DNA of 7,563 nucleotides from a virus (Duplodnaviria; Heunggongvirae; Uroviricota; Caudoviricetes): IMG/VR virus record IMGVR_UViG_2711768001_000001; one strand, 5' to 3'. Shown piece by piece: positions 7,357 to 7,563 of this stretch (position 1 is its first letter; each line of letters starts with the position of its first letter). The notes under the pieces were generated by a model. It saw only the letters and a program-made list of their open reading frames with translations, ran no database searches and was not told where the DNA came from. The position numbers and the translations under genes were made by a program.

Positions 7357-7455
7357 ACCATCGTTACCACCTGGGCCAGTGATTAACACAGATGCTATAG
7401 CAACAGCCCCGCCACCAATAGCAACTGCAACAGCCTTGCGTAATGATGGCGACAT
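7357..7455 (-). CDS. SAR endolysin (phage 21 R / RrrD-type lysozyme), N-terminal 33 codons; remainder lost in the N gap
   Basis: ATG at 7455..7453 (SD GAGGTG 5 nt upstream) gives [33 protein letters not shown], near-identical in pattern to the Gly/Ala-rich signal-arrest-release domain of phage 21 lysozyme as I recall it ([33 protein letters not shown]). Confidence 0.8.
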
Positions 7456-7477
7456 TATTCACCTCTCGCAGCCTTAC
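7455..7477 (-). pseudogene. Pinholin (phage 21 S21 / EssD-like) 3' remnant, last 6 codons plus stop; rest of gene replaced by IS2
   Basis: Minus strand 7475..7455 reads AAG GCT GCG AGA GGT GAA TAA (KAARGE-stop), with the TAA overlapping the endolysin ATG (TAATG). This matches the recalled C-terminus of S21 (...RKAARGE). The IS2 end begins at 7478. Confidence 0.55.
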
Positions 7478-7563
7478 TAGACTGGCCCCCTGAATCTCCA
7501 GACAACCAGTATCACTTAAATAAGTGATAGTCTTAATACTAGTTTTTAGACTAGTCATTGGAG
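7478..7563 (+). mobile_element. IS2 insertion sequence, left end (IRL and regulatory region upstream of orfA); element continues beyond the window end
   Basis: 7478-7563 reads TAGACTGGCCCCCTGAATCTCCAGACAACCAGTATCACTTAAATAAGTGATAGTCTTAATACTAGTTTTTAGACTAGTCATTGGAG, which I recognise as the IS2 left terminus preceding the orfA start. One base may differ from the copy I remember. Not verified by search. Confidence 0.8.

Noticed and set aside
6898-7455. Single 185-aa ORF spanning the N gap that could be called Rz
   Set aside because: It is an artefact of N being translated as X. The part upstream of the gap is a SAR endolysin N-terminus and the part downstream is Rz1; they are separate genes that happen to share a frame across a gap of unreliable length.
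7510-7529. Palindrome TATCACTTA-AA-TAAGTGATA resembling a lambdoid repressor operator (TATCAC half-sites), plus nearby TAGTCT/AGACTA inverted repeats
   Set aside because: The whole 7478-7563 stretch matches the IS2 left end, so these symmetric sites belong to the IS2 terminal/regulatory region rather than a phage operator upstream of the lysis genes.
7364-7558. Cys-rich 64-aa minus-strand ORF (MTSLKTSIKTITYLSDTGCLEIQ...)
   Set aside because: It starts inside the IS2 terminal repeat, runs across the IS2 junction and overlaps the endolysin start out of frame; no RBS and implausible composition. Read-through artefact.
1-7563. IS1 and IS2 at the two ends forming a composite transposon carrying the phage genes
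   Set aside because: The two elements belong to different IS families with different transposases; the arrangement is better explained as two independent insertions into a prophage.

Overview
This window is the late (lysis plus head-morphogenesis) region of a decaying lambdoid prophage from an enterobacterial (E. coli/Shigella-like) genome, bracketed by two insertion-sequence ends. All identifications are from reading the sequence and recalling protein families and IS ends; no database search was run. Reading the minus strand from high to low coordinates: an IS2 left end (7478-7563) has cut off a phage-21-type pinholin, leaving only its last codons (KAARGE). Next come the N-terminus of a SAR endolysin, a 250-N gap, the C-terminal part of Rz with a complete embedded Rz1 lipoprotein, then terminase small and large subunits (PBSX-like), a portal gene, a Mu-F/SPP1-gp7-like head morphogenesis gene, a 406-aa head scaffold/protease-like gene and a 168-aa head protein. 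An IS1 left end (1-90) sits immediately after the ATG of the next head gene. Between Rz and the terminase genes, on the opposite strand, is an AT-rich DedA-family membrane protein gene in the position lambda uses for bor. The two most notable observations are that the portal reading frame is intact over 1467 nt except for two in-frame TAG codons, and that the DedA-like moron appears to lack the family's conserved acidic residues. No tRNA, rRNA or CRISPR was seen.
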